From the NCBI RefSeq assembly GCF_964355755.1, contig NC_092673.1:29199648-29263647 (forward strand): 64,000 nt of DNA, read 5' to 3'. The position numbers and the translations under genes were made by a program. Shown piece after piece: positions 11,369 to 23,738 of the stretch (position 1 is the first letter of the stretch; each line of letters begins with the position of its first letter). The DNA is from Antedon mediterranea. Its lineage: Eukaryota; Animalia; Echinodermata. The notes under the pieces were generated by a model. That model did no database searches, was not told the origin of the DNA, and saw only the letters and a list, made by a program, of their open reading frames with translations.

Positions 11369-12069
11369 TGTAGGCTACGAACTAAATATACGATTTCGAA
11401 TTAGTATCTGCCGTCTAATTCTTTGGTTCCCGTACTATCAAACCGTCGCTTGTGATTGGTCAATCCCATGCGTTGCGTCACGTCTGCGTTGCGTCTCTAG
11501 AGTGGGAACCATGTTTTAAGAAAGATACCCCCATACTCCGAGCGAAAAGTCGAACAACTACAGATTAGATTTTGTACATTTCTATATATAGTAGGCCTAC
11601 TGTAGAATAATAAGTGTGCACTTTTAGTTTAGTTGACATTTTATTTAGATTGTATAATAAATAATACTATATGTATGTCTTGATTGTATAATAAAAAATA
11701 GTAGCCCAAAATTTCAAATAAACGGTGTGGTTTATTTTAATTAGCTGACTTACCTGTATGGAGATAGAACAACAATAATTGATGTGGTAGTATTTCAATG
11801 TTTTGAAAATTGTTGTTAAATATTAATTTAATTCGTATTATCTGAGGAAAACAGGTTAACTTCAATTTATAATTTTTAGAACAAAAACAAATTCAATCTG
11901 CTGCCACCTATGTTATCTCAAATCATTTAGCTGCGGTATTAAATATCGAACAAACAAGTCACAAAATGATAAAGGTCAAAGTTTAAACGAGGAAACAAAA
12001 GTGGTACTTACGGAGTACTTACTCATTTTTCTCTTAGCAAACTTCGCTTTAATTATCGAATTTATCAAA

Positions 12070-12912
12070 ATGGATAAAAGAAAGTGGCAAAGTATTGTTC
12101 CTCGCCGAAAAACTGATCAGCTAGCTGTTGTATTTGTGATAACTGAGCTTTTCGTTGAGATTTATTTCGAATTATTTATCATTCTTCCCGAGCTCTACCC
12201 AACTCCAACTGTTGCAATGTATCTACATGTGTGTTTAGGATTTTACCTCCTGTTTAATACGCTTGGAAATTTGATTCTTGCAATAGTTGTAGATACTTCG
12301 ACTGGAACTGAAATTCTACCTGCAGTGCTGCACCCTGGATGGCAATATTGTTACACCTGTATGCAAAACTCCCCGCCGCGAGCTGTACACTGTTTTATGT
12401 GCGGAAAATGCGTCATGAAAAGGGAGCATCATTGCGTATTCTTAGGGAAATGCGTTGGAATACGTAATCACCGCTATTATATGATGACCGTGTTCTACTT
12501 GGCTGTTGGTTCGTTGTATGCTAACTTTATGAATATGGACTACGCCTGGAACCTGCTTGGAGGGTTTAGCTTAAAGACAGGCCTAGCAATGATTGCTCCA
12601 ATTCTTGGCTGGATGTTTGGTGTAACAGAATCTATATCTTTCTTCATATCATTTCAGTGTGGCACTTGCATTTTATCTTGTTTTATGTTCTTTACGTTGT
12701 TGATTTTTCATGTAATGTTAATTTATAGAGGGCAGGTTACATATGAGTGGCGACACGGAATTAAAGAATACGATCTTGGATGGAAGCATAACTTTCTTGA
12801 AGTTTTTGGAGCACGATGGTATCTTGTATGGCTGTTCCCAACAATCTCATCCCCATTGCCATGTGATGGAATTACTTATAAAAAGCGTAACGAGAACATT
12901 AAAGATATTTGA
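12070..12912 (+). CDS. Intronless DHHC-family palmitoyltransferase, ZDHHC24-like, with an EHHC motif
   Basis: Cys-rich domain CYTCMQNSPPRAVHCFMCGKCVMKREHHCVFLGKCVGIRNHRYY, hydrophobic TM segments, TTxE-like QVTYE and PaCCT-like YDLGWKHNFLEVFG. The first ATG is at 12070 (the ORF track starts at GTG 12001). Subfamily assigned from recalled similarity only. Confidence 0.88.
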   Translation: MDKRKWQSIVPRRKTDQLAVVFVITELFVEIYFELFIILPELYPTPTVAMYLHVCLGFYLLFNTLGNLILAIVVDTSTGTEILPAVLHPGWQYCYTCMQNSPPRAVHCFMCGKCVMKREHHCVFLGKCVGIRNHRYYMMTVFYLAVGSLYANFMNMDYAWNLLGGFSLKTGLAMIAPILGWMFGVTESISFFISFQCGTCILSCFMFFTLLIFHVMLIYRGQVTYEWRHGIKEYDLGWKHNFLEVFGARWYLVWLFPTISSPLPCDGITYKKRNENIKDI

Positions 12913-13948
12913 AACTCTTCTTTAACCACTTTATTTTAATCATAAATTATTACATTGTGTTATCTGTTATTCTTATGTCAAATTAATGGTTTTATAATAT
13001 CATATGCAACTTAGCTAGCCTAGTAAGTGTAGTTTTGTGCCGTACAAAGTATCCATTCTTATTTCAAATCACATTCTCTTGTGCAATTATTTCATTGTGT
13101 ACCTTATTGAATGTTTGTGATTATTTTTGGTTGTTGCTTTTATTCGGATCATGTTTACCTCCAAAGATATTGACCAAGAAATCAACCCACCTTTTTAAGT
13201 AAAATCAAATTTAAATATTTAAGGCATAATCTTGGATATTGATAGAGTTTGTAAATTTTTTATGTATTTTTTTGCAATATAATAGTACAGTATAATACTT
13301 TGACTATATTTGAATTATTGGAAATTTTCAGGAAAATATATTATCCATTGTAAAAAATATCCATTTTATATATCGTGGCAAAAAGAAATAAATTATTTAA
13401 ATCTCAGTTTTAAATATTGAATTATAAGTTTACTGCAAAATACTATTTTATAATTAATTGTTTAAAGGAAGACAAATTCAATGGTGGTTATTAGGTGTGT
13501 TTGTTAAATGGACGACCTTGCTTAAATGATAGCCAAGTTTTAATATCATGTACAGAATCATTTCAAAACTAAATAAATGAAGATTTGATGTATTTCAAAA
13601 GAAGAAACCTATTTAGCATTTGTTGCCTGCCCCATGGACTATAAATTCATTATCATCAATAGTATACTGTACCAAATACATAAATAACATTGATATGAAA
13701 GCTTCGTTCCCACTTGGACGGAAGGAAGTAGGCGCAGTTTCGATGATCAAATTACTTGAGCTTGATTTGCATTAAACCAAACGCAATGCAATTGACGATC
13801 AGATGATCCATTGTATTGTGCTTGCGTTGCATCCAAGAGGAAACAAGCTTACATATGAAACATTATTTAGAATGTATAGCATTTATAGATATTTTGGCCA
13901 TTGCTAGTAGTGCGAGTACATATTGGTAAATTCAATAAGTATATAAAC

Positions 13949-16900
13949 TTACAGCCCAGTTTTCTCTTTAATCCAACTACGTAACTTGGGCACATGTGTG
14001 TAATAGCCATACTGGCCTGCAACTCCACATTCTCTACCCCAGCTGACCACACCCACCACCTCATACCTAACTTCACCATTGGAGTCTATCCCTCGAACAA
14101 CAGGACCACCTGAGTCCCCTTGGCAGGCATCTTTTCCCGCTTCTCCTCCTGCACAAAACATACGGCTGCTAAATTGGCCCTGAACACCTTCATTACAGTC
14201 ATCGTATGATTGCGTGCCTATGATCAACTCCTGTAGTTTGGCATTTATGTTCACTTCCTCAGTTCTTCCCCACCCTGTCACTGTAACTTTTCCTCCCTCC
14301 AGTTTATACTCTAACGAATAAACGATTAAATGAATGAACGAATAAATAAATGAACGAACGATAATAGTGAATAGTAATATCATGGTTCCAGGTAAAATTA
14401 AAAAAATTTCCAAAATCACAATTTTTTGGATAAAAATGTGCTGTTTTGAGAATTCATGCAATAATCATTACAATGCAGGGTGGAATTTTTCCACAAATAT
14501 TTAAATTAAATTTAGCATACAGTAATCTACTGCAGCTAGCTCTACTCTGTTGCAGCCGAGACTGTGAACTCCTTCACAAATCGGCTCGAGTTCGAGTAAT
14601 AAAGGTGCCCTAAAGATTGGTTCCCACAAAAGAGGCATCGCGAGGACATAATGCAATACAAGTGATTTGACCAATGGCAATCGATGGATTATCCGAACAG
14701 TCGATTGTCATTGGTCAAATCGCTTGCGTTGCGCGTACATCCTTGCGAACGTATCTAGTGGGAACCACGCTTAACAACCTGTCCTTGCATCAAGTATTAA
14801 AGTAATAGGCTCACCTGTATTTAGATTTGTATCTGTTACGTCAGGCAGACAGGCAGTGCGAATCCTGGGTGAAAGGTAGGCAGGAGCGTTTAATTTAAGC
14901 AAAGCGACGTCGTAGTCAAATACGGGAGACTGATGAGTGTCGTAATTCTCATGTTTTATCATTCTTTCAATACCATAAGATTGTGAACTTCCGATATCTG
15001 CTACCAAGTCGGTCAAACCTTTAAAAAATAACAGTACTTGTATTTATCAAATCTTTGAATATCTATGATAGAGAAGTAAATATTTTAGTTTCACATTTAT
15101 GGTATTTGTTACCAACCATGTCACTAACGTAACGATCAATTATTAATTAAATTATTAAGGAAACACGTAAACCCTTAACTTCAATGTTATTTTGCAACGT
15201 GCGAGCTGCTTCGTCTAGTTCGTAAACAAATTGATTTTCGCAACCATAAATATTAGGAAAAACCTCAAACTCGGTTCCTTAAAGATATATTGTCCCCTAA
15301 AAAAATAGGGTTTTTTTTCCGAATTGTTAGTTGAATATGCCATTTTAATGTCACGTAATAGTTATTCACTTTGACCAAAAACTGGATAGAAACAAAAGTT
15401 ATTTACTTTAAAAAAATGTAATTCAAAGTAAAAAATGCTTAAATTGTTTGTCAGACAATGGTTTTTGGTTAAAATTACCCATTTCTCTTGTCTTTTTATA
15501 AGTGAAATAATTATTTTCTTATTTTTTTTTTCTACAAAAGCGAATAACCTAATTTAAATAAAACTGCAATTAATTTTATTAATCTTAATTTTTCAGGTTT
15601 TTTGGGGACAATATACCTCTAACTTAACCACAAACAGGAACCACGAACTACTAAAGTTTCAGGTTTTATTTTTTGACATTTACAGAATTGAGAATACTAG
15701 TGTATAACTAAAATCTGTTGTTGCGGTATGATTAAGTTGTTAAAGATATATTGTTTTCTGAAAAATATTTTTTTTTTCCATTTTTTGTCATTGACAATGC
15801 CATTTTAATGTTCCATATTAGTTAATCACTTTGACCAAAAATTGGATTAAACAAAGTATCTACCCAACCTGAAAAAAATGTATTTTAAATATTTCTCTGC
15901 TATGGATGAGTTTTGTTGGGTTCATTTAGTTGTTAAAAATATTTTTATACAGTAATTTATAAACATCTGCAATTAGGTTTATAAACTACCCTGCTGGTGA
16001 CGAATACTGCGAAGCCCTTCACATTCAGCAACATATGCATTGGCAGATAATTGGTGATCAGTTACCAATTCTAAATTTAAAATAGTTCTAAATTTGTACT
16101 ATGACGATAATGTGACATTATTGTGTATCACGTGTTACCTAAATAAGCTGTTGTTGTCTGCCAGTCTTTTCCTTGAGCTATGCCTGCCACAGGATTCCTG
16201 TCAAAGCAATGAGCTGCTGTCAAAATCCATTCATCTGAAATCAATGTACCGCCACAGAAAAAGTCTTGGTTATTCTAAGAAATAAAGAATAACAACTGTC
16301 AATTTCTTAAATTATCGAAAAATGAAGACGTAAACAAAAAATCAAAATAGATTGAAGAACTGAAGAATATGAGGCAAAAACAGCAACGACTCATGAAAAA
16401 AATAAAATTACTACAGAAATACGGTTTCTATATTGTCAATTAGCGTTGCTGCTCCAAACTAGTGACCATAAGTTGGACCAGAAACATGAATTGTGTTGAC
16501 CGAGATTGAGAAGGTTGTAGGCCCCTACAGTTATTTAGTGTAACAAATAATAAATGAATGAAACAAAAGAAGGTCATAGCGAGTTAAGCTCTGTCCACAC
16601 TGTCAAAATTTATGATGTGATGTGCTTGAACATGATGATGCCATATCACTACCATATTTGGTTTGAAAGAGTAGACAGGGCTTTAGACGGCCTACATCAT
16701 TCCAATAAGTTTTTCTTAGTATAGATTATTTGATTGGACTTACAATACCAGTCTCTTCATAGAATGCAACCTGCCATGGCCAGGCGCCATCGTTAGCATC
16801 ATTCCCGCCAAAAATTCTGCCAAGTGATTTGACGTTGCTACCGCCAATACCACATGAACTATAATCTAAAAATGTATTTTGAGTTATTACACACGTTCCA

Positions 16901-19900
16901 ACAGTTTAATACAACTGAATTATCATGATTATTCTAAGCATGAACATTAATTTAATTCGCCAACATTCTTATTACTCTGATGTTCTATTCTTTTCATTTC
17001 ATACTTTTTTCCCAGCTGTCGAATTAAAAAGTCATTCTGAATGCTCATATGCTTCTGAGCATGTGCAGAATTACTTTATTACGGCCACAAATGATCAATA
17101 TTTTATTTAGGACTTTATGTACATGAATGCAAATGACGTACCGTATTCCTCACTGACAATCGCATGGGCCAATTCCTCTAAATCTGGGTAATTTCCAAGA
17201 TGAAAATAATACTCGCTGTTTGGAGTATTCGCAATATCACGAAGTTCCTCTTTATTTACGTTCTCGCTAATTCCAATACAATGGATTTTGGCATCATGTT
17301 CTTCTCTTAGCTTGTCTGCTAATTTATAAGGCTTTCCACCCGTATTTGATTCACCTTTGAATAAATAATACAATTTTGAAAATATTTGTTTTCTTTCAAG
17401 AAATATACCCAGTATGATTTTACTATTCATTGTTAAATTACATAAAAATGTAAATATTAATATATTATTTAGTTTTATTGTTTGCCAACACAAGTTTTGC
17501 CATATTCAATTGTCTTGTCATGTAAATGCACATTTTTATCCGGTTTGTAATTTAACGAGCTTTTATTCTACCCTCACGATACTTGCTGATATAATATAAT
17601 ACATGCTTTAATATGGAGTTGAGGAAGAAGAAAGAAAGAAGAAATTCAACTCCCACAGCAGAAGACAGTCTAGGAGTCTTACCATCTGTTAATAAAAACA
17701 CGGCTCGTTGTGGTTCCAAATCAGTCTCTGGAAGGTTCCTTTTAGCCGTTGGTATTACATTTTCCAAAAGTGCATTCAATCCTGCGTTTGTATTGGTTCC
17801 TTTTCCTAAAGAACACAAAAATAGAAAATACAGTACAATAGTTTGATCATAAAATAGTAAAATAAACACTAATTAGTTTAGAGCCATTTAAGTATATTTT
17901 CCGAATTTACAGAATAGTGTTAAAATGATTAATGGTCTAATCGGGCCTCATACCTTCATATATCACGTCTTTGTCAAGAACTTTGTGGATGGTGCTAACA
18001 TTTTGATATTGTGTTAGTTGCAAATAAACTGTAGCATCATTTGAGTACACGACAATGCCATAAAGAGGTCCTTTCTCCCGACTTCCTACACCAAGCTGTT
18101 AATAACATACAATGTATTAATTGTTAACGTTGAATGAAAGAGTGTGTTTTTAAAAACGGCAGGAGAAAGGATGATTTGTTGCACACTGTATTGGTGGCAC
18201 TGTGTACAATTGGCAACATTGTGCACAATTCGCGACACTGCGCACACATTTGGCGACACTGCGCACGGTTGGCGGCACATAAGCCTACGTTAATGCTTTT
18301 ATATTCAGTCATCATTCATTTTTACTGACTGAAATAACAAATTAAAGTGCTGTTTTTCATTCCTTGCATTTTAAACTAGCAACAGGCGCACATGTTTTAT
18401 AATAATAATATCCTGAATTTATATAATGTCTAATGTTGTAAAACCTCTAAGCGCTGTACAAAAACTAATACGATAAAAGGGATTCCAACCATGCCACACA
18501 AAAAAACCCCAAACCGAAGTAAGGGGATACTCCGTCGTCGCTAACCAGGGATCAGTCTAATTGAACCCCGGTCAGCAGCAGTTGTGTCTTGTTTATAAAT
18601 GTATGGCACTCTCCAATTTAATAAATGGTGACATTATAATAATAATTTGTGACTGAATCTGTGACGAATGATGGCCACAACGATGAATTATTAGCTCACT
18701 TTTGTAATCACACTCTTTACAAATCGTTTTGAAGTGTCAAAGTTTTCTTGTCCAACACTTTGCGATGCATCAAATACAAAATACACTTCTAATCTTCCTT
18801 GGTAGTTGAGGTCAATTAATCGACCTCTCTGACACTCTTCTTCCGATGTACCATTGCATGCCTCCTCCTTTATCCTTTCCTTTTCAGCTTCCACCATTTC
18901 ATTGGTGTGTGTTACCGTTTTGAGTGCATCAAAGTTTTGAATAAAAGCTGCTTTGACCTTTTCAAGGTCACTATATTGATCAGGGGCTATGAATACAAAC
19001 AATATGAGTTGATCATATAAAACAAAAAGTGCAAATAACTTATTTAATAAAATATAGGTTGAATAGGAACTTCTTGGGATGATAGCCATTTAGGCCAACA
19101 TATCAAGTATTTACCGACAATAAAGTGAAAAGAACAACTACTGGTGGATGGAAACAATACATTCTTTTACAGAATAAATATATCTGTAAGGGCACATTAC
19201 TGAAAATGCTGTGGGTGTCGGTGGCTGGACCTCAACGGAGATACAAATAAAATAAGCACTGCAAAATGACAATACTGTGGGTATCAGTGGCTGGATCTCA
19301 TTGGAGAAAAAAAAAATAAGCACTGAAAAAATGACAATGCTGTGGGTATCAGTGGTTGGATCTCAATGGAGATACAAATAAAATAAGCGCTGACAATGCT
19401 GTGGGTATCAGTGGCTGGATCTCAATGAAGATACAAATAAAATAAGCGCTGACAATGCTGTGGGTATCAGTGGCTGGATCTCAATGAAGATACAAATAAA
19501 ATAAGCGCTGACAATGCTGTGGGTATCAGTGGCTGGATCTCAATGAAGATACAAATAAAATAAGCGCTGACAATGCTGTGGGTATCAGTGGCTGGATCTC
19601 AATGAAGATACAAATAAAATAAGCGCTGACAATGCTGTGGGTATCAGTGGCTGGATCTCAATGAAGATACAAATAAAATAAGCGCTGACAATGCTGTGGG
19701 TATCAGTGGCTGGATCTCATTGGAGATACAAATAAAATAAGCGCTGACAATGCTGTGGGTATCAGTGGCTGGATCTCATTGGAGATACAAATAAAATAAG
19801 CGCTGACAATGCTGTGGGTATCAGTGGCTGGATCTCAATGAAGATACAAATAAAATAAGCGATGACAATGCTTTGGGTATCAGTGGCTGGATCTCAATGA

Positions 19901-22900
19901 AGATACAAATAAATAAGCAGTTAGAGTTAGATTTCTCGTCAGGGCAGTTTGTAGGCCTCAAATGCCTGCTTTGGACACTACTTTCTTTCTGGCTTTTTTA
20001 CTTTTTGATTTAGCTTTTCATATCATCATAATAGGCCTATTACTTGACAGCATTGTCAGTTTGCCTTATATATTAATAGAGCCTTTAAGTATAAGATATT
20101 TATTTATAATATTTTGTAATTTAGCTCTACATAGCCCTACTTTTTTTACCTTCGCAAGTAACTGTTTCTCCCGACCAACCACTATCTAAACACTTTCTAA
20201 GGGGTTCGCCGATCCTAGTGTAGCCAGCATTACAACTAAATTCAACATAGTCATTCAAGTTGTACCGGGTTCCGGATTTAGCCCCGTTGATTGGTGTTGG
20301 AAGCGGCATACAATCTGTGGGATTACCTAAAAAATGACAAGAAATGAGTGTTTGATTATAAAAGGACCGGTACAAACAAGTGATGATTTATGTAATTGTA
20401 ATACAGTATAAGCACTTTTATTTCAATAACCCCATCCAGTATCATGACTACAGTTCAGTACAGATTTTAAATCTTTTTACCTTCGTATTTGTACTTTTTA
20501 TTCATTTCTGTTTTTTTTCCGTTTGATTCTTAGATTAAAATTTTTACTGTGTGCTTTTATCGTTTTATACATTTTTTCTCTTTTGCTATGGATATATTAC
20601 GTCTCCATGGTATTCCAAAATAAAAAGATGAATGAATGAATGATATAATTCAACCTCGGCTGCGACAGTGATAAAAGAAACTTGAAACTTCAGCTGGAAA
20701 ATTGATTTGACGTTGTTATGGCTAAATCCATGTTTGACGAATCGCTCTTGTTAAAGTTAAACCTAAATTTGTCGACCCTTGTGGACTTATCACAAGTCAA
20801 ATAAGCCGCCGATGCGCTTACTGTTTCCACTATGGATTGAACTCTAGAAAAAGGTAGAGCTATTCTAAAAAATGTTAATCATGCCTTGTTCAGTGATTTC
20901 GAGCTCATGGGCGTTGCTTTCGATGCCCGGCATGTACAACAAACCGGAAAATAAATTCGTTTTGCCAGTGGGCCATCCGACTCGTCTTAAATTCTTGAAC
21001 TTTGACTCTTGTTATATTGTACTGTGTATTGTGATATTTTGTATATTTTGTAAAATCATTTTAATCCAGACCTTTTTATTTGCCCCGTGTGGGATGATTA
21101 AAGAATTTTGAATTGAATTGAATTTAATTGTTTGACTTGTATCTGCACAACAACCAATCAGATCTCATGAAAGCTATTTAAATGATTTTTCCCTTATATG
21201 GTGGACAACAGCATTCAAATTACAATATGAACACTATGTTTTGCGGTACACTAAGTATAAATGTTTTCAAATAGAAATAAATTATTATTGAGAATTGTTT
21301 TAATGTTTTGGTTGTTAATTCTACGTACAGCTGTCTTCTGGAGAATTCTAGGCAATGAGTCGAATATAAACTTACTTATACGCACGCACACTGGGTCTGT
21401 GCCATCCCATCTACCATTTTTCAAACATGTTCTCTGAGACGATCCATGGATTCTGTATCCAGATGAACAGTAGAATTTTACCACATTGCCTACATTAATC
21501 AGGTTGGCACTCTTCCTACCATTTTCGATTTCTGGTAACCAACTACAAGTCACAACTGAAATAAATAAATGTCAAAGTTTCTACAAAAATCTTATTCAAA
21601 AAATATTAAAAGGTATTTAAATTACTCTCCACATACTACAATATTTGCCCAGTCAACGAAATATTGGTAATATCTCATTTGTATCACATGTGGTGCCTGC
21701 CTGTATAATGTAAGGTTAGGTTATGCCGATTAGATCTATGATACAATGAAACACATGTGATGGTGTATTCCGGAATATCCCTGTGATACTGGCAAAATCT
21801 ACTACTTACAGTACCGGTCAAGTATAATTATGCTAGCAGTTACCGGTCTAATGGACAGCCACCATCTTATTAAGATTAATCAGGATGTATTAAAAGATTC
21901 GGGAATAAAAAAGTACAAATTTTCCGTTCTATTCTAATATAGACTGCATAAAGGGGTATTAAAAGGTGCCCCAGCTTGAATGGCGTTAATATCGGACCGG
22001 TTTAAGAGGCGAAAGAGGAATACATTTTGGCTTAGTGCTATTATTATTATAGATACCGCTTTTAAAGTGCCGCCTTCAATTTTATGCAAATTCAACAATA
22101 CATCGTCTCTTGTGTCACAACACCAGGTGTGGCTGTATCTTGTAAGGTTAAGTTAGAGATACGAATTGTGTAGTCTTACACGGTCCCACTGGTACCAAAC
22201 AAAATATTTGAAATTAAAAAAATTGTCTTACATTCACATCTGGGAACGTCTCCCTCCCATCCACCAGTTGTTCCCTTTGAAGGCTTACAGACCTGCCAGG
22301 CACCTCGAATCTTGTAGCCTTCATCGCACCCATAGTACAACGGGTCGTTGGAAAAATACGTGCCGTTCTTTGCATCAATCACGAAACCATTTGGTATGTT
22401 TAAAGTGGGTAGTTCACACATTGACTCTAAATGGTTTAAATATAAATTTAAGCAAAGAAACTAGGTGCTAACGACCTAACTTTCTTTAAAATAAAATTAA
22501 AATTATGAATATTCTATAAGAATAGGCCTATAGGTAAATATAGATAAAGCGAGATTATTATTTGAAGTATCAAAGAGGTCCAAAACTATATAGATACACT
22601 AGGATACACGGAAAGAAATATAAATAAGTCTATGCACACTTTGGCCAATGATATTACTCCGATTGTATTTGTTATTAAGTGCGTGCTAAGTTGCAAGACG
22701 TTCGTAATTTGTGATAGGCCTATAATTCCTTTTTACAACAATTATGCTGACGTCATTACTCTGGCATACTTACGGTTACACATAGGTACTTCACCATCCC
22801 ATGTTCCATCATCCTGACATACAATTGATCTTTTTAATTCACTGGGTATGTAAAATCCACGTTTGCAATCAAATTTCACTTGTGTTCCGACTATCATCTC

Positions 22901-23738
22901 TCCTTCTTCAATTATTACCTCGCCGTTGGCAATTTCAGAGACAACACCAGGGCATCTGACTGAAAAGAAAAGAAATTATGCCTATGGCTAAAATATTGCA
23001 TAAAGATATTAAATGTTGCTTAACGTAGGCTCCTAGGCCCTTCTTTATATTTTTGTAAAATTAAAAATTAAAAACGGTAACTCTGTTTACAAACCTCCAG
23101 GTTGACAAGATGGAAATTCTGCAGCCCAGTCGGTGGTTGACTTAAGACACTTGATTTTAGCCTGTCCCGCTAGATTATATCCTGGGTTACAGCTAAACGT
23201 CACAAAACCTCCGATTTTGTTTCCTCTTTTACTAAAAGTATAAGATCCATTCTCCAGATCCTCGGGCATGGGACATGCTACATGAAAATGATAACACTAC
23301 TAGTCTCGTTGTATATTTATGATATTCAATGTTGTATATCCAATGAACTACTGTCATGTACCGTATATAATACAAAATATTTACGCGCGCGTGGGCGTCT
23401 ACAAATCGTACAAGAAATATACGCGCGCGTGAGCGCCTACAAATTGTACAAAATATCAACGCGCGCGGGCGCCTACACAACCCACAAATCGTACAAAATA
23501 ATGATCACGGTTTGCATATCAAGTTATTGGTGATTTATACATATCGTAAATCCATTTTAAAAAACTGTGACTTCTCGTTACAAACATCTACGTTTTAAAA
23601 ATATTTGAGGTCTCAGGTCGAATAATCATACACACTAATGCAGATATTTAAAAGACAATAAAAATAGAACATACTTTTAACAGCAGTAGATGTTCTTAAA
23701 ACATAACATAAAGTGAACAATAATATTATTCTCTTCAT
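13949..23738 (-). CDS. CFB: Complement factor B/C2-like protease: signal peptide, 5 CCP, vWA, trypsin-like serine protease
   Basis: Signal exon 23738-23675 ([14 protein letters not shown]). CCP exons 23277-23095, 22959-22774, 22426-22232, 21555-21376 and 20326-20150 (all phase 1-1). vWA exons 18986-18700 (DASQS MIDAS), 18095-17954, 17805-17683 (GTNT..LLTDG) and 17354-17142. Protease exons 16865-16744 (GRIFGG..AWPWQV), 16274-16139 (TAAHC), 15018-14815 (DYDVALL) and 14310-13949 ([10 protein letters not shown]). A probable 5'UTR exon donor is near 24452. The gene is expected to be co-orthologous to vertebrate CFB and C2. Confidence 0.95.
15279..15622. mobile_element. MITE family C (TTAA-AGAT[AG]TATTGTCCCC...GGGGACAATA[TC]A), Kolobok-like
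   Basis: TIRs next to TTAA. The shared core (GCCATTTTAATG..TTATTCACTTTGACCAAAAA) also occurs at ~300-590, 15739-15890, 30572-30869, 36380-36600 and 51445-51860. Confidence 0.65.
19200..19918. repeat. 59-bp minisatellite, about 12 copies, in the Bf intron between CCP5 and vWA
   Basis: Unit GACAATGCTGTGGGTATCAGTGGCTGGATCTCAATGAAGATACAAATAAAATAAGCGCT; the central copies are nearly identical. Confidence 0.95.
20845..21125 (+). mobile_element. 3' remnant of a CR1-group (Rex1/Babar or L2-like) LINE with (TTGAA)n tail
   Basis: The frameshifted peptide HALFSDFEL../[29 protein letters not shown] resembles the ORF2 C-terminal RT.R..NSF.P.AIRLLN pattern. It ends in TTGAATTGAATTGAA. Confidence 0.6.

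Noticed and set aside
19200-19918. Regular repeat array resembling CRISPR
   Set aside because: The units are contiguous with no unique spacers, there are no cas genes, and the array is in a eukaryotic intron.
20654-20844. Possible sixth CCP exon of factor B
   Set aside because: There is no CCP Cys/Trp pattern, and the phase-1 frame stops at once.
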